Positions 1 to 27,723 of a DNA stretch of 64,000 bases are shown one piece after another; the stretch's first letter is position 1; the number at the start of each line of letters is the position of its first letter. Below the pieces are notes generated by a model. The model worked only from the letters and a program-made list of their open reading frames with translations, was not told the origin of the DNA and ran no database searches. The position numbers were made by a program, and so were the translations under genes. The stretch is from Auanema rhodensis (taxonomy: Eukaryota > Animalia > Nematoda), in the NCBI GenBank assembly GCA_964057225.1, contig OZ059898.1, positions 16,058,001-16,122,000 of the forward strand. Direction: 5' to 3'.

Positions 1-3000
1 CGTTAAGGTTAAGTCAGATACACAAGGGTACTATTATATTACTGTTAGTTATACAATATATTTTTATTTTAACTTATTAAGATCATGTGTCTTACAAGTG
101 AGGGGACAAACTTTATTAGTTGCTGATGGAGGCTTTGTTGCTGACCCTCATGACGATCATTTACAATATTTTAGTAAAATTCTTCCGAACGAAGGAATTT
201 CCAAATTTCCTGAAGCTGTAAATGAATTAAAATATCACATATCTTCATATCTTTTTACAGGATATACCAGCATATTTTGCTTTTGCTGTTAAGGACGAAA
301 TATTTCCAACTCAACCTCTGAGTGTAAACTTCTATAGAGGGAATGAGTTACAACATCATTCAGTATTGAAAACTAGGTTATTACAGTTGTATACCAGATT
401 ATCAGTAAATTAAGTCATTTATTAGATATGGATGTGGTTTTCCACATATTACAAATGATTCATTTACATGTTCAGATACTACATCAACATATTATGCTCA
501 AATAATTGGTTTGTTTCATATTAATTTGATTTTAAATTTCTATATATTTATATTTAAGGTATTGAAAGCAATGGTTATAAATGGAATCGAATTTATAAAT
601 TTGGTTGCGAATCATTAACAACTCCTCCACCTACAGGTAGTTTCCATTTACTAATACGATAACATTTAATTCTTATCTCTTATAATCCTTGTTATCTTAT
701 TAAGCTTCTGATACTCCACCCGTTATTTTGGAATGTTTCAATAACGGAACATTAGTTGATAATGTATGTAAATATAATTATAATTAGTTATTTCATTAAT
801 TAATAGGTTTGTGAATGTACAAAATATTTCGAAGGAAACAATTGTGAATGGCCAAATTGTTTGAATGGGGGAACATTGAATCAAGGCAATGAACAATGCT
901 ACTGTGCTATAGGTTATTCGGGAACTCATTGTGAAACTGGTGACTTGTTCAAGTTAAAACTCAAAGAAAAAAACTTTAATATTTGTAGTTAAATGTACGG
1001 AACAATCAACTGACACGTTTGAAGATAATTTCAAAATTCTAGCATTTGTTATTCGTTCCTCACGAAGTATGGCTTCACAGATTTCCCAGGTACTTCAATC
1101 AAATGGTCAACGCTTTTTGTTTCAATATCTAAACAATATATAGATTTTACAAGCAGCCAATCTAATATCAAACTTATATGAAACGGAATATCCTAATTAT
1201 ATCAATCAATATGTTTTAACAATTGTTTCTAAACAAGGTTTACTTGACTAGAAAGAGCTTAAAATAAATTTAAATTCAGACGTTCAATCATCAGAAATAT
1301 ATTATAATTCAAATAATTTTGTCCAAGCTATTCAAAATATAACTTTTCCTGATGATGATGATGGTTGTGATGATGCATTATTTGCTGGAATTGAACAAAC
1401 GTTGGATAATCCGGCGTTTCTTAAATATCAAGTAAACTTATTATTCATTTAAAAATATTTTCAATATATAACATAAGAATTCACCTATTTTTGTCTTCAC
1501 TGATGGAACAGCAAGTGATTCTCTAATTTCTGAACAGTATGTTCTTCAACAATCTAGCGACACACGTGCTCAGGTATCAGTATACAGCAATTTATATTAT
1601 TATTATATTCTTTTTAATAGATTTTCTTTATTCTTTCTGAGTCATCATCAGAAAACTGTTTTATTCGTATAACTGATAATCAGTATCTCAGCATGTTTAC
1701 ATTAGCTGGATTTACACAAGGATTAGCCATCAAAACTGATTCTAACTCTCTAGCTAACGTAAGGAAAGAATAAAGAAAATGCCCCAAAGTTTATATTTTA
1801 GACAACATATTCAATTGCTTCCATTCTTTATCGTTCTTCTTCTATTATTTCAAACGATTTCCCTGATTGTCACTCAAAATCAACAATAGATTCATTCTAT
1901 ATCGATGCTAGTGCTACATCTTTCTATATTGCCGCAACTGGAGGTATTTATTTCTAATATAATTAAAAATTAGAAACATATATTGTTTAAGACAAATTAT
2001 CTCTTACTGTAAGAACACCTGAAGGTATAATAGCTCAACCAAGATTGGCTTATCAAAGTGGAAGCTTCTATCTTTGGTACAATAATGCCCCTACGCCCGG
2101 AGCATACTTGGTAATTCTTAATTAAAGTAAATAAAATGGTTTAAAGTATACATTTAAACAGATTAACATGACAAATGCTGGTGAAACTGTTAGTGAATGT
2201 TCGTATCGTATATTTACAACATCGTCGAAGTATTATCTATATTTTGGATCAAGTACGGAAATGAATATGGATCGTTATTCAAAACAGCCTATTGTTGGTA
2301 AGTGTTTAATAAAATATTTATATAAATTGTACTATTTATATAATTTAAGGAAAAAGCTCTCATATTGTTGCAAAATTAACCAATTTTTGGATACCTGATG
2401 TGACTGATATTGAATCTGAGGCTGATCTTTGGTATAATGGTATGAAAAGAAAATGAAAATTAATTTTGATATGTTGATTGAATTTTTCTTATTTTAGATC
2501 AAAACGGTAATCGTGTAACTTTATATAAATCTGATGGATTATATCGTGATGAATGCATTTATAATTTATATTTTGGAGCATTTGAGTGTTCTAAAGCTTT
2601 TCAACATTTCTATATGAAAGTATGAAAATAGTATTTGATTATTTCGGTTATTGTTCGTTTAGATTTCTGTTTTTGATCCCGAAGGGGATAAAATTCAAAG
2701 AACTGTTACTGGATATTGTAAAACAAGTAAAACAACTTTTTTATTTTCATTATTATTATATTATAATTATATTTATAATTATAGTTGGAATTACTACTAT
2801 ATTTTTATAATTTAGCCATTCCGCCTCCACCTGGAGAAACTTGTTTAAATGGTGGAAAAACTTTCAACGGAACATGTGTTTGTCCATCTCATTTCACTGG
2901 TAAAAAATGCCAAAATGTAAAATATTACCAAAACTAAAACTAAAGTTATTTTTTCAATTATAAGGTTCTCTGTGAAAATCAAGGAACACAAATACCTGGA

Positions 3001-6000
3001 GGATGTGTTTGCCCACCAGGATTTTCTGGACAATTCTGTGAAACAGGTAAATTTATTATCAACTGTATTTATTACTAATTATATAATTAAAGTTGCTTGT
3101 ACTACATATAACCAGTATGTTAATCCTTCAAATAATCATAAATCATTTTCTCTATTAATGCATGATTCTTTAACTACCAGGTATACTTTCATATAAAATT
3201 GTCTTAGCTTATTCAAAAACAATCTCTAGATCTGTAATGCGCTTGGTTAACGACGCTGCTTCTCGAGTACTTCATGATATTCAAGTGCAATATCCTAGAT
3301 GGTTTGATTCATATCAATTATTACGATTTAATGATACAGGTATTATTAAAAGAATGATATAATATATAAAATTATAATTTATATAGCTTATGAAGTAAGA
3401 TATGATGGTTCGAACCCTCAACTTTTTTTACAAGAACTTGATCATGAATACATGTACAATGTTAATCATTCTGATGTATACTAAGATAACTTATTCAGCT
3501 TATGACTTTATTTTTAATATTTTAGATTTCATGTAAAAATTTGGATGTTTATTCAACAATAGCCAATGTTTTATTACGGGAGAAGATATCTTGGGGTGGA
3601 ATTATTTATATGTATATCTATGGAACAGCAAAAGAAGATGAAATTTCTTATAATAAAATCATAAATCATATTGAAGAAAATAAGATTCAGGTATTAAATG
3701 TTTTATAATCTTTTTTCAACTATACCAGATTAACATTATTCAACTATCATTGATGCCCTGTGGTCAAGATTTCACGTCTGATGGCTTGATGAACTTAGTT
3801 GAGCTGAGTGGTGGAACATATTACATAGTGAATCAAATGAATGCAGGAAAAGTGAGAAGGATCAGAATATTATTTTTTTTAATTAAAAATAATTTCTCAT
3901 TTCTAGGCATTTTCAACATTGCCTACAAAATATAGTTCTGGAATTGTATATGAAAGAACGTCATCCAATTGTCAAAATACAACATTCTATGTACCAATTG
4001 ATTCTCAAACACAATCTTTTAATGTTTATATTCAAGGAGAACTTAAAAATGATATTACCTATACTAGTCCAAATGGTTATATATATTATCGCTTTCTTTT
4101 CAAAAAAAGTTTTTTTTAGGAGAAACTGAACAAGATTTATATATAAATAATATTTGGAAAGATGTTATAGTTGATACACATATGGATCGCATTAATCGAA
4201 GTAAATAGTTTTAAGATTAATAATAAAAATATAATAATTCTTTGAGGATGTGATGATGGATGGAATTATGAAGATAAACATTGTTGGAAAATCGGATATA
4301 AAATGTCCACATGGGCAGAAGCAAGACAAGATTGTGCAAATAATCAGGCCACATTAGCTACTATATACAACAATGAAGAACAAAATTCTATAAATAGTAA
4401 AATTATCTATAAAAAAAATATTTTTTTCATAAATACTTGAAATAGGATTTTCGGAAGGTGTATCAGTTTGGATTGGCTTAAATGATCTTAAAGAATTATA
4501 TCAGTGGACGTGGGATGTTCCAAATAATGTTACTTTAACGGTATTATTCATTTTTAACTTATAGATATATTCAAACTTAATATATTAAGCTTTCGGACAC
4601 AAAATATGAAAATTGGGCGCCTGGGCAATCATCAAATCCTAGTAACCGATGTGTATTAGATTCACATAAAGATGCATCTAGAGGATGGATACCAGCTGAT
4701 TGTACAGAAAAACATTTGTATTTATGTACCAAATCTCCATGTATATATATATATATATTTAAAAGCAATATAAGTAATATTAATTTAAATTAATTTCAGA
4801 TAATGCTGATTATGAGCCATCAAATATTGAAGAAAGTAAAAGAATATTGCAAATAATTTATAGATAAAGTTATTTTTAGATGCATTACTTAATGGAATTT
4901 GGCAAATTACTGTGAATGCATATGGAAGTTGTTCAATTACAGTTACGAGTCAATCAAGCATTCAAGTATTTTATAAGAAACTATTATAAAACAAAAATAT
5001 TTATTAAGGTATTGAATTCTTTTACAACAGATATTCATAATGATTTTGGCGAATTTGAGCCAATTCAAGGAAGCAGTAAGATATACATATAAGAAACTGT
5101 ATTTTATAATTGTATAATAGATAATAATCGTCTAATATCAATGGTTACTGGAATTTCAAATCCAAATCAACGTAATTTACAATACGCGCATGTTTATTCA
5201 GATAATGGAGAACTTGTTCAAGTTGAGGTTAATCTGATAACAATTTTTCTTCTTTTAATTATTATTCTAAGACAATTCAAATGAGATCAAATTGTCATTT
5301 CTCTTTTATATCAACACCGTTCATGTGTATTGATAATACATTCCAAATGTATTTAACAGGTAAATATGATAAAAAATATTTTGTATAATTGATGTAATTA
5401 AAGGAATGGATGATATGGGTTCTTTATTCCAAAGAATTATTCCAGTCACTTGTCAAGGCGGTCTTAATCCAAATTCATGTGAAAACGATGGAATTTATTA
5501 TGATGTTCGTTCCAAAGATATTAAGCAAATTTAAACTTATTGAAAGAAAAAGGAAGACAAATTTTAATATTACAGGGCAAATGTGTATGCTCTCCAGGAT
5601 ATACAGGAGAACATTGTGAATTAGCTTTATGTGAGAACGGATTCCCTAACGCTGATCTAGGAATCTGTACATGTTATGAAGGCTGGTCTGGACTCACTTG
5701 TAACATTCGTAAGAAATAAGTATTTTAGAATATTCATGATATTTGAATAATTTAGCTATTTGTATGAGAAATGAACCAGGTCCAATTTATACAAATGATC
5801 AAAAATCGTTTATTTTGGCTATTGATGGTTGTTCAAATGGTGATATGGGTGATGTTATAGCTAAATTGGATAAAATCCTAACTGATGTTTTGCAGAATGT
5901 TAATGTATGTAACTACAATTCTTATTGATTTTAAAATAATTCATTCAGTTTTCCCATTCTTCATGGTTCAAAAACTTTATTGGAATCGTATTTTATGATG

Positions 6001-8701
6001 CAGATAGTATAAATTCAAATATTCCGCCAGTTTCTCCAGTAGTTAGTGCAAATAACTATACTGCTTTCATCGACAATATTCAAGTTAATTACATATTATT
6101 CTAATTATATTCTTGTTTTACTTTTATTTAGAAACAAGCTCAAAGTATAAAATATGATTCAAAAAGAAATACTCGTAGCATATTTAAAGCTCTTAATAGC
6201 GTACTCTCACATAGCGCTGTTGTTCCAAATTCTCCTCTGTATATTTTAACATCAAGTAGGTTTAATATAATTTCTTTGTAATATTATAAAATATAATGAT
6301 AATTAAATATTATGAAATTTAAGGTGGAGCTGACGATACTATATATGCTGGTTTATTGGAAAAAACAATTTCTTATTCTCATGCAGCAGTTACTTTTAAA
6401 ATAATTAAATCGATTGATTTGTAAAAGTGTTATAGATTTATGAAATATTCATTGGAGATAATACAGCTCCAGGAGGAGGATCATACACTGAAAATGGTGT
6501 TAATGTTCTTTTAGAAGCTGCTCATGAAAGTGGTGGATCTGTTTATCAAGTATTATAAAAATTAAAATGAATTTTAAAGAAGTTACTTTATAGGTTCCCA
6601 GAACTCAACTTCAATCATTCTGGAAAAATCAAATGAACTTGTTATATTCAGCATTTTCAATTTCTTCTCATCATATAAGGTAGAATATTATAGAGTTTCA
6701 TAAATAATCTTATATTCTTCACTTCAGCAATTGTGCTCATTATACTGAATATATACAACTTGGTTCTAATGCTAAAGATTTGGTAATTGATATCTTTGGA
6801 GGAGAACCAATTGTTACAGTATATACTCCTGATGGTTTATATTATAGTTATCATTATTATATATTTTTTAAATTATATTAAGGAAATTCTCAAATAGTAA
6901 CAGCTTCATTTACTTCTAAGACTAATGTCCTTGTTCATTTACCAAAAAGTATTTCACAAACAGGCATTTGGTCAGTATCATTGAAATCATCATCGCCAAC
7001 AAATACTAATTGCATGGTTAGTATATAATTAATTTTATGTTTTAAATTTTATATTAATTTAGTTTAATATTCGCAGTCAATCATATGGTACTAATGAATT
7101 ACTTGTATATACAAGTTTCACTCAAGATGTTGAGAGTGATGGAGGTTTACACGATTCTGGATCTGTATCTTATCCAATTGCAAATGGTTTATTTGAATAA
7201 AAGATACTTTTATTCTCTATATTAAGGAATGAAAAATGCTGTTGTTGCTTCATCATCATCTGGTTCTAGAATCGCATATGCTCAGATTTATGATATAGAA
7301 GAAAGATCTTTGCTATGGTCATCTCGTATGATTGCAAGAAAAGGATGCATCTATTCATATATTTCAACAGAGTATTCTATAAACATTGGAATATGAATTT
7401 CACAATATTTATTTCAGCACTTTTGTTTGTGAACAATCAACATTCTTATTATCAATTGATGGTTTTGATGAAGTTGGCTATCCATTCAGACGTCTATTCA
7501 CCTACCATTGTCAAGGAAATATTCCTAAGCCTAGTGGTCAGTTTAAATTTTTATTTTATTATTAAAAATATTTTATTTGAAAGAAAAATTAACTTTTCTA
7601 GATACCACGACTCCTCCTGTAGTAACAACTACTTCTATCATTCCAACTATAGCACCAAGCTGTGCAGTTAACCAACCTAAAGCTGACATTATAATTGCTA
7701 TTGATTCATCAAGAACATTTGATGTAGTTTCATATAAACAAGTAATTAATTTTATTTTATTCAAAAATATCTTTTTTTTAAAAAAAAGTTGTTTGCGAAA
7801 CAGGGTTAGATTTTCAATAAACTGGGAAAACAACAAAAAATGAGCGCTTGTCTTTGAAAAACGTTCATTAACATTCAAATGAAAATATGCCATCTTCACT
7901 TTCAAATTGTCTTTTTCTTTTTTTCAGACTATAGAAGCATTCCGGCAATTAAGTGATTACTTCCTTATTGGAGAAAATAATGTTCGTATTGTTGTTGGTA
8001 CATATGATACAGTACAATCTTTTGATGGTTCTTATTAACCATATTAACTATATAATATAAAAATGTTTTAGATCAATTACTCACAAATATTAAAAATGCA
8101 AAAGATTATATGAATCATTTGGATACATTACGTGATTATGGCCATACAGGAATTGATGGAAATAACATTGATAGGTTTTTCAGAATTTCCCAAAAATTTT
8201 ATTTATTTATTGTTTTTTTCATTATAGTGTCTTAGAATACGTCTCTGCAATGACATCTGAATCAAGCTTCCGTGAAAATGTTCGAAAAGCGAGTTTCTTT
8301 TCTTTTTTTTGTTGAAAAGACACATTTACACTTTCAGGTGGTTGTATTAATTTCCAGCTTGGGATGGGATAAAGGAAATATTGTCAATAATGAAGAACAA
8401 GGTTTTCCAAATCCATCTTCTGATATGGCAACTTTGAAAGAAGTATTCTTACAAATCTTAAACATGATCTATTTTTCATTTTGTTTAGATGGGTGTAGAA
8501 TTTATACCAATTGGATGGGGTTATGAAGCTAATTTGAAGCAACTTTCCGCATTTTCAAATAAATGTCTGAAGGTAAAATATAAATTTAAGCTTTATGTTG
8601 TTCTTAAATAATATTTATAGATTGCTAATAATATGGGTGATATGAATAGAGCTATTCATTTCATTAGTAGAACATTGTGTAATTTAGAACCTGAATGTTA
8701 A
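1..8701 (+). CDS. Large multi-exon EGF / VWA / C-type lectin / MD-domain protein (C. elegans irg-7/drd-2-like); 5' end lies upstream of the window
   Basis: Joining short exons gives, in order: an MD-type motif (GSCVLQVRGQTLLVADGGFVADPHDD, ~25-160); EGF pairs (ECFNNGTLVDN/VCECTKYFEGNNCEWPNCLNGG, ~730-940; ~2830-3045; ~5450-5710); VWA domains (LAFVIRSSRSM...PIFVFTDG ~1040-1510; LLMHDSLTT ~3150; ILAIDGCSNG ~5810; C-terminal ADIIIAIDSSRTFD ~7680); and a C-type lectin domain (CDDGWNYEDKHCW...VWIGLNDL...YENWAPGQ...LYLC, ~4247-4740). Stop TAA at 8699-8701, AATAAA ~8726. Confidence 0.85.
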
Positions 8702-9110
8702 AATTTAAATAATTATTCATTTTGAAATAAATAATTATTTTATATTTTATTATTTTTATATTTATATTGATCATAATATTTGAAAAAGTGTGAAGAAAAG
8801 TTTCAAATACGTGGCAGTAGAAGCTTAGCTTTCTCCTTCCGCTTTATATAGCAATCTTGTTGCTGTCTTCCGCTTTGATCTGTCACATTGATATAATGCT
8901 GTAAGCAATTGAAGACAAACACCTAATCCAGGACCGGATTTGTGTTCAGTAAATTCATCTTACGTTTTTCTTACGAATTTTTGCTTTTTTGTCGTTTTCG
9001 AAAACATTATGGACACACTTGAACTTGAATAAACCTTAGTGTGTAAGGGAAATAAGTAAAAAGTTGTAGAAACTTGGCATTCATGAAGCACTGTAGGCTA
9101 TTTCCAACAA

Positions 9111-9119
9111 CTATATAAG
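9111..9119 (+). promoter_or_regulatory. TATA box of the collagen gene
   Basis: CTATATAAG about 45 nt upstream of the ATG at 9161. Confidence 0.6.
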
Positions 9120-9160
9120 CATGAAATATTTCAAATGTTTCATCCGACCACGAGTTTGAT

Positions 9161-10245
9161 ATGAATTCTCTACTAATTGGAGTTAGTGCAGTCAGTGGGA
9201 CTGCTTTGGCTGTGTTCCTTCTGGTATCAGCTAGCCTTGTCTATGACTTGAACCAATTCCATGATACTGTCAAACAAGATATGGCTCAATTTGAGGTTTT
9301 CACCTATATTCATCTTAAACTAATACACTCTTATCTAGAATTACTCTGGAAACGCTTGGCGTAAACTTGTTCACAATGTGCCACGTCCAGGATCTAATGG
9401 ATTTGATGTGCTATTCAGAAGAGGCAAAAGACAATATGATGCTGGAGTTGAGGGAGCCTCAGCTCAAGCTGGAGGATGTGGATGTGGAAAGTATGCAACG
9501 TTGTCTTATAATTTACTTGATAACCTCATTTATAGCTGCGCTGCCAGAGCTAACAAGTGCCCTCCTGGACCTCCAGGACCTGCAGGACAACCTGGATCCG
9601 ATGGAGAACCAGGACTACCAGGAACTCCAGGACAAGATGGAACAAACCAATATGATTTCCCAGGAGGACCAGGAAGCTGCGTTGTTTGCCCAGTTGGACC
9701 ACCCGGACCAGCAGGAGAAGCTGGAGTCCAAGGAGCACCAGGACAACCAGGACAACCAGGACAACCAGGACAACCAGGACGTGATGGAGCTCCAGGAGAA
9801 AACGGAGAGGTAGATTAAGTTGTTTGTACTTAATTTTAGAAATGTAATTTAGCAAGGAGACGATGGAACCCCAGGAAGTGATGGTGTTCCAGGAGAACCA
9901 GGAGCTCCAGGACAAGATGGAACTCGCGGACAAGGAAAGCCAGGAGCCCCAGGACCACAAGGACCAGTTGGACCAGCTGGACAACCAGGAAAGGACGGAC
10001 ACCCAGGAGAAAATGGACAAGATGGACCATTGGGAGTTGCAGGACATGACGGACAACCAGGACAACCAGGCCCAGTCGGACAACCTGGACAATCAGGATC
10101 TCAAGGAGTTCCAGGGGCTGATGCTGCTTACTGTCCATGCCCAGAGCGCTCAACTCCAGTTACTGAAGCTCCAGAGCCTGAGGCTATCGGATACAAGAGA
10201 AGAGCCGTCTTCAAGCGTAGACGTGTTCATGCTCACGCTAACTGA
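9161..10245 (+). CDS. Nematode cuticle collagen (4 exons: ~9161-9296, 9339-9490, 9536-9809, 9852-10245)
   Basis: Hydrophobic N-terminus ([28 protein letters not shown]), furin site RRGKR, Cys cluster [19 protein letters not shown], interrupted Gly-X-Y repeats, CVVCP, and C-terminal AAYCPCP. Confidence 0.97.
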
Positions 10246-10966
10246 GAAATTAATTTTTGATTGGAACACATTGTATTCCAATGATATTGAAATAAACATT
10301 TTTCTTCAACACTCTCATTCATTTTCAATATTTGAATTGATAGATGTCTTCAACTCAACACAATATGTGAACATGCAACCATAAGTTATAAACAAATAGA
10401 TAATTGAGAGAATAGCCAAAGATAGTTGGAGTGAAATAAGTATGGTGTAAAGCTCTTTATTGAAGTTTTTCTTTCATTTGTATAGCTGTTAAATGAGTAC
10501 GAATACGAATTGTCAATATCTCAAGGTAGTCTTCAAAATCATCATCACTACCGTTGTTTCAGGTATCATAAAAACTTATTTGTAAACCTAATTTATATAA
10601 ATAGGTAATTCAGATGGTATAGAGAACGCTTCTCATTCATGTACTTTTGAAAGAAGAAAAGAAAACATCGACACCAAATGAATAAGTCTAAAGAACTGGG
10701 TTCACGCTAGACTTCAAGTGGCATGTCGGAAGAAGCACTTATGTATTTTTGGTGAATAAGCAAAATTAGCAAATATTCTAAGAATGCTGTAAAAAAGTTA
10801 TTGTGCATCAATATGAAATTCAGTCAAATTTTTAAATTTTTCATTTAAATACGTATTATAATAAATAATAAGTCATATAAAATACCGACAATACATATAA
10901 ACATTAATATCTCTAATACAATAGAAAAAGCCCATTTTGAACAAAAACCTTCATCTGAGAGAATGT

Positions 10967-11115
10967 TTCTCTCTCTTTAATATCTTCCTCTCTCCCTCGG
11001 TTCTCTCTCCCCCAGTTCTCTCTCTCTCCCTCTCTCCCTCTCTCTCTCCTTCTCTCTCTTTCTCTCTCTCTCAATCTCAATCTCTCTCTCTGTCTCCCTC
11101 TCTTTCTCACTCTCT
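10967..11115. repeat. Imperfect (CT)n/(GA)n microsatellite
   Basis: Directly visible CT-rich dinucleotide tract. Confidence 0.9.
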
Positions 11116-11953
11116 TCAGCTTTTACTTTTTTTTCTCTCTTTAGTTATATTTGCACATTCTTCATCCTGATCATAATAAATTTTGTAAGAACAACGTCCA
11201 GTTTTTGATTTTATTTTTTTAGTTACATTAAGTTATTTATCCTGATGAAACATAATCACTTGATATAACTACAAATCTACAAGAATTACATGTAATTCTT
11301 TTTTTTTTAAATTAAACTTATTAATAGTAATAGTAATAATAAAATCAAATTATTGTTTGACTATCTCATTATTTCATACCATCTTTTTTCATTTTTTAAC
11401 ATTTCATTTTTGACTTCTTCAAATCTCATTCATCCGAACAGATTTTCTTTGTGTTGTGCAGATGTTTGTTCTGTGTCCTCGTCTTTCAGCTCTTATCGTT
11501 ATCCGTGTCCGTAGTTCAACTGCACGGTTCAATCACGGTTATTTCAAAGCAAACGAATTTTACTTTGTACAGTTACGTAAGAAGGATCATTTGATTTTTC
11601 TATAAGATATTTCTCTCCGACTAAGTTCTTCTTTAACCTATACTATCCTATATTATAGAAATATCTCTCAGTATATATATATATATATATATATATACTT
11701 GATTTTCAGAATAATCTAATAGTTTTTAATATTTTTAATATATTTTATATTTAGTTAAGTAATTTATAATTTACAAATTTACTTTTTTTTATTCAAATAT
11801 TTTAGTTTTTTTTATCTATTCTCATCGTTATTTTTCATATCAAACAACATTATTACAGCATTAGTTCAATAACCAAACGATTCGACGACGACAACGAGAA
11901 AGTATCATAGGCTTGTGTGTTGTTTTAACAACTTACTATATATCCGAAAAATT

Positions 11954-13892
11954 ATGTTAAATTTAAACCATTTTTTCATTTCCAATATATTGATCTCTTT
12001 AATATATTTTTCACAAATAGCAGGTGAGTCTCAATTTTTTTGCTTTTTTGTTTCTCTTATTATTTTTTTTCAAAGTTAGATCTCAAAATATTTTCTATTT
12101 GTTTTATAGAATCAAGTACACGGCAAAATGCAAGCGAGCGAGATCTTATGGAACATATTATGAAAGATTATAGTCCTCATATTAGGCCTGTTAAGAATTA
12201 TCATCAAGTTATCAATGTTACTGTACAACCACAAATTTATAGTTTAGTTGATGTAGTAAGTTATTCATTTTAATTATATGTATATACATATATATATTAT
12301 TCGATATATAGTATATAATATTTCAAATATTTTTTTTTTAATTTTTAGGATGAGATTCAAGAACAAATTAAGCTTCTTATATGGTTTCCTCAGGTAAAAA
12401 CTTTTTTTTAATTATATATTCTATATTGTAAAAATATATTTTATATATACTAATTGTTTTTAAAGAGTTGGACTGATGAGTTCTTGACATGGGATCCTGA
12501 GGAATGGGGTGGAATTAAGAAAATGAATTTACCTATATCTCAAATTTGGTTACCAGATGGATATATTTTTAATACGTATCTTATTTATATTTTTTTATTT
12601 TTTTACATTTTCACATTTAAGTGTTGATACAACTGAACCTTTAACTCAGCATAATGCTAGAGTACGATATGATGGTAATGTTGAAGTAGATTTTAATAAA
12701 GTTTGTTTTGAAAATTATTTTTTATTATAATTTTTGTAATTTTAGTTAGTTGTAGTTACCTGTCCTATGTCTGTAATAGATTTTCCATTTGATAATCAAA
12801 TTTGTAATCTGCAATTTGGTTCATGGAGCTATCAAACTCATCAAATTAATTTTATTGTAAAAAATACATTTGTTCCAAAAAATGCTGTAAGTTGTAGCGT
12901 TTATTACAAAAATTATTTCATAATTTTCATTATATTTAGCAAAATTCTGAATGGGATATCTTATCTTTTGATGCTGAAAAGAAAAAAACACAATATGAAA
13001 ATACTGAAGGAGGAATGAACGAGTATGAAGAAATATTCTATTATCTTGTAAGTTTTTCTATATTGAATTCTTTAAATTAAAATTACTCTGACTGTTTTTT
13101 TAGAAATTACGTAGAAAACCTTTATATTATGTGATTGTTATAATTGTTCCTTCATTTCTTATTGTCACAGTTTCATGTATAGGAATATTCACTCCACATG
13201 GAGTACAAGGAGATAGAGAAGAAAAGGTTTATCATATAGTTTATATTAGTTTTTCTCATAGCATAGTTGAAGGTTTCTTTGGGACTTACCACAATGCTTA
13301 CTATGTCCGTTATTCTTGATATGGTAACTAGTCAAATGCCAAAAAGTAGTGAAGGAGTTCCTTTACTTGGTTCATAATCAAATAATTATAATTATAATAA
13401 ATTAAATATTTAGGAAGATATGTGCTGATCGAATTTGTTATATCTATTGCAGCTGTCTTAGTATCAATTCTTATAATATTTTTACATGAAAGAACAGGTT
13501 ATATGCAAACTCCGCCACCACGGTGGCTTCGAAGATTCTTCAATGCTGATGAGTATCAATTAGATGTAACATCTTATACATTCCATCACAAATGTTATGA
13601 ATCTTATCAACTTCAGGTAGAAGAACATATACAAGCTAAGACATGTGAAACTGTGGAAGAAATTCGAAATTGTGTTTCATTGATAAGAGCATATATTGAA
13701 GATCAGGTTAGTTTTATGTATAATATATGTTTTGAAGTTAAAAATTTAAATATATAGGAAACAGCTGAAGATATTCGGATTATATGGCAACGATTTTTCT
13801 CTTGGGCTGATCTATTATCAATGATTTTTTTCGTAATTGTGAATTTCATTGTAACATATACAACATTCATGAATTATAGAATTGATTTATAA
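11954..13892 (+). CDS. Cys-loop ligand-gated ion channel subunit, non-alpha, predicted cation-selective (nematode lgc/pbo-type)
   Basis: About 12 exons. Signal peptide MLNLNHFFISNILISLIYFSQIA; DYSPHIRPV; WTDEFLTWDP; IWLPD; Cys-loop CPMSVIDFPFDNQIC followed by FGSWSY; RRKPLYY-TM1; DREEK|VSLGLTTMLTMSVIL (TM2); MPKSSEGVPLLG; TM4 ending ...FMNYRIDL* (TAA 13890-13892). No vicinal CC in loop C. Confidence 0.93.
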
Positions 13893-14072
13893 TAAAAATT
13901 TTTTTTTTTTTTTATATCAAATATAAAATGTGGGAATTATAATTTTTTGGAAAAAAATATGAAAAAAACTATAATGTATATACATATTAACTATAATAGA
14001 AATCCGTACATCATTTGTATTCCAAAAAAAATCTCATAAAAGGAAAACTTAAGACATATTTATATATAAAAA

Positions 14073-14076
<4 letters not shown>

Positions 14077-14154
<78 letters not shown>
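14077..14154. repeat. (TA)n microsatellite between two convergent 3' ends
   Basis: Perfect TA run. Confidence 0.95.
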
Positions 14155-14157
<3 letters not shown>

Positions 14158-14296
14158 TATATATGAATTTAGTTAAAATATAAATGAAAACTTAAGAGAA
14201 TGTCATATGATCGTTGAGGAAATTTTGTTAACCGTATTATCGAGACTGATTATTAGCCTTTAAGTACAGTAGTACAATTATTTGTTTGTTTGTTTA

Positions 14297-27723
<13,427 letters not shown>

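Noticed and set aside
9367-10384. Long overlapping ORFs (9367-9813 +, 9550-10092 -, 9836-10153 -, 9863-10384 +)
   Set aside because: Alternate-frame or antisense shadows of the collagen Gly-X-Y repeats.
10650-10770. Possible decayed Tc1 transposase fragment (..LKNWVHARLQ...IFGE*AK)
   Set aside because: Only a faint resemblance to the W.....W..IFSDESK region, with stops and no TIRs; cannot be supported without a search.
10913-11170. ORFs rich in RE/SL repeats (also 23044-23376 and 60578-60832)
   Set aside because: Translations of (CT)n/(GA)n microsatellites.
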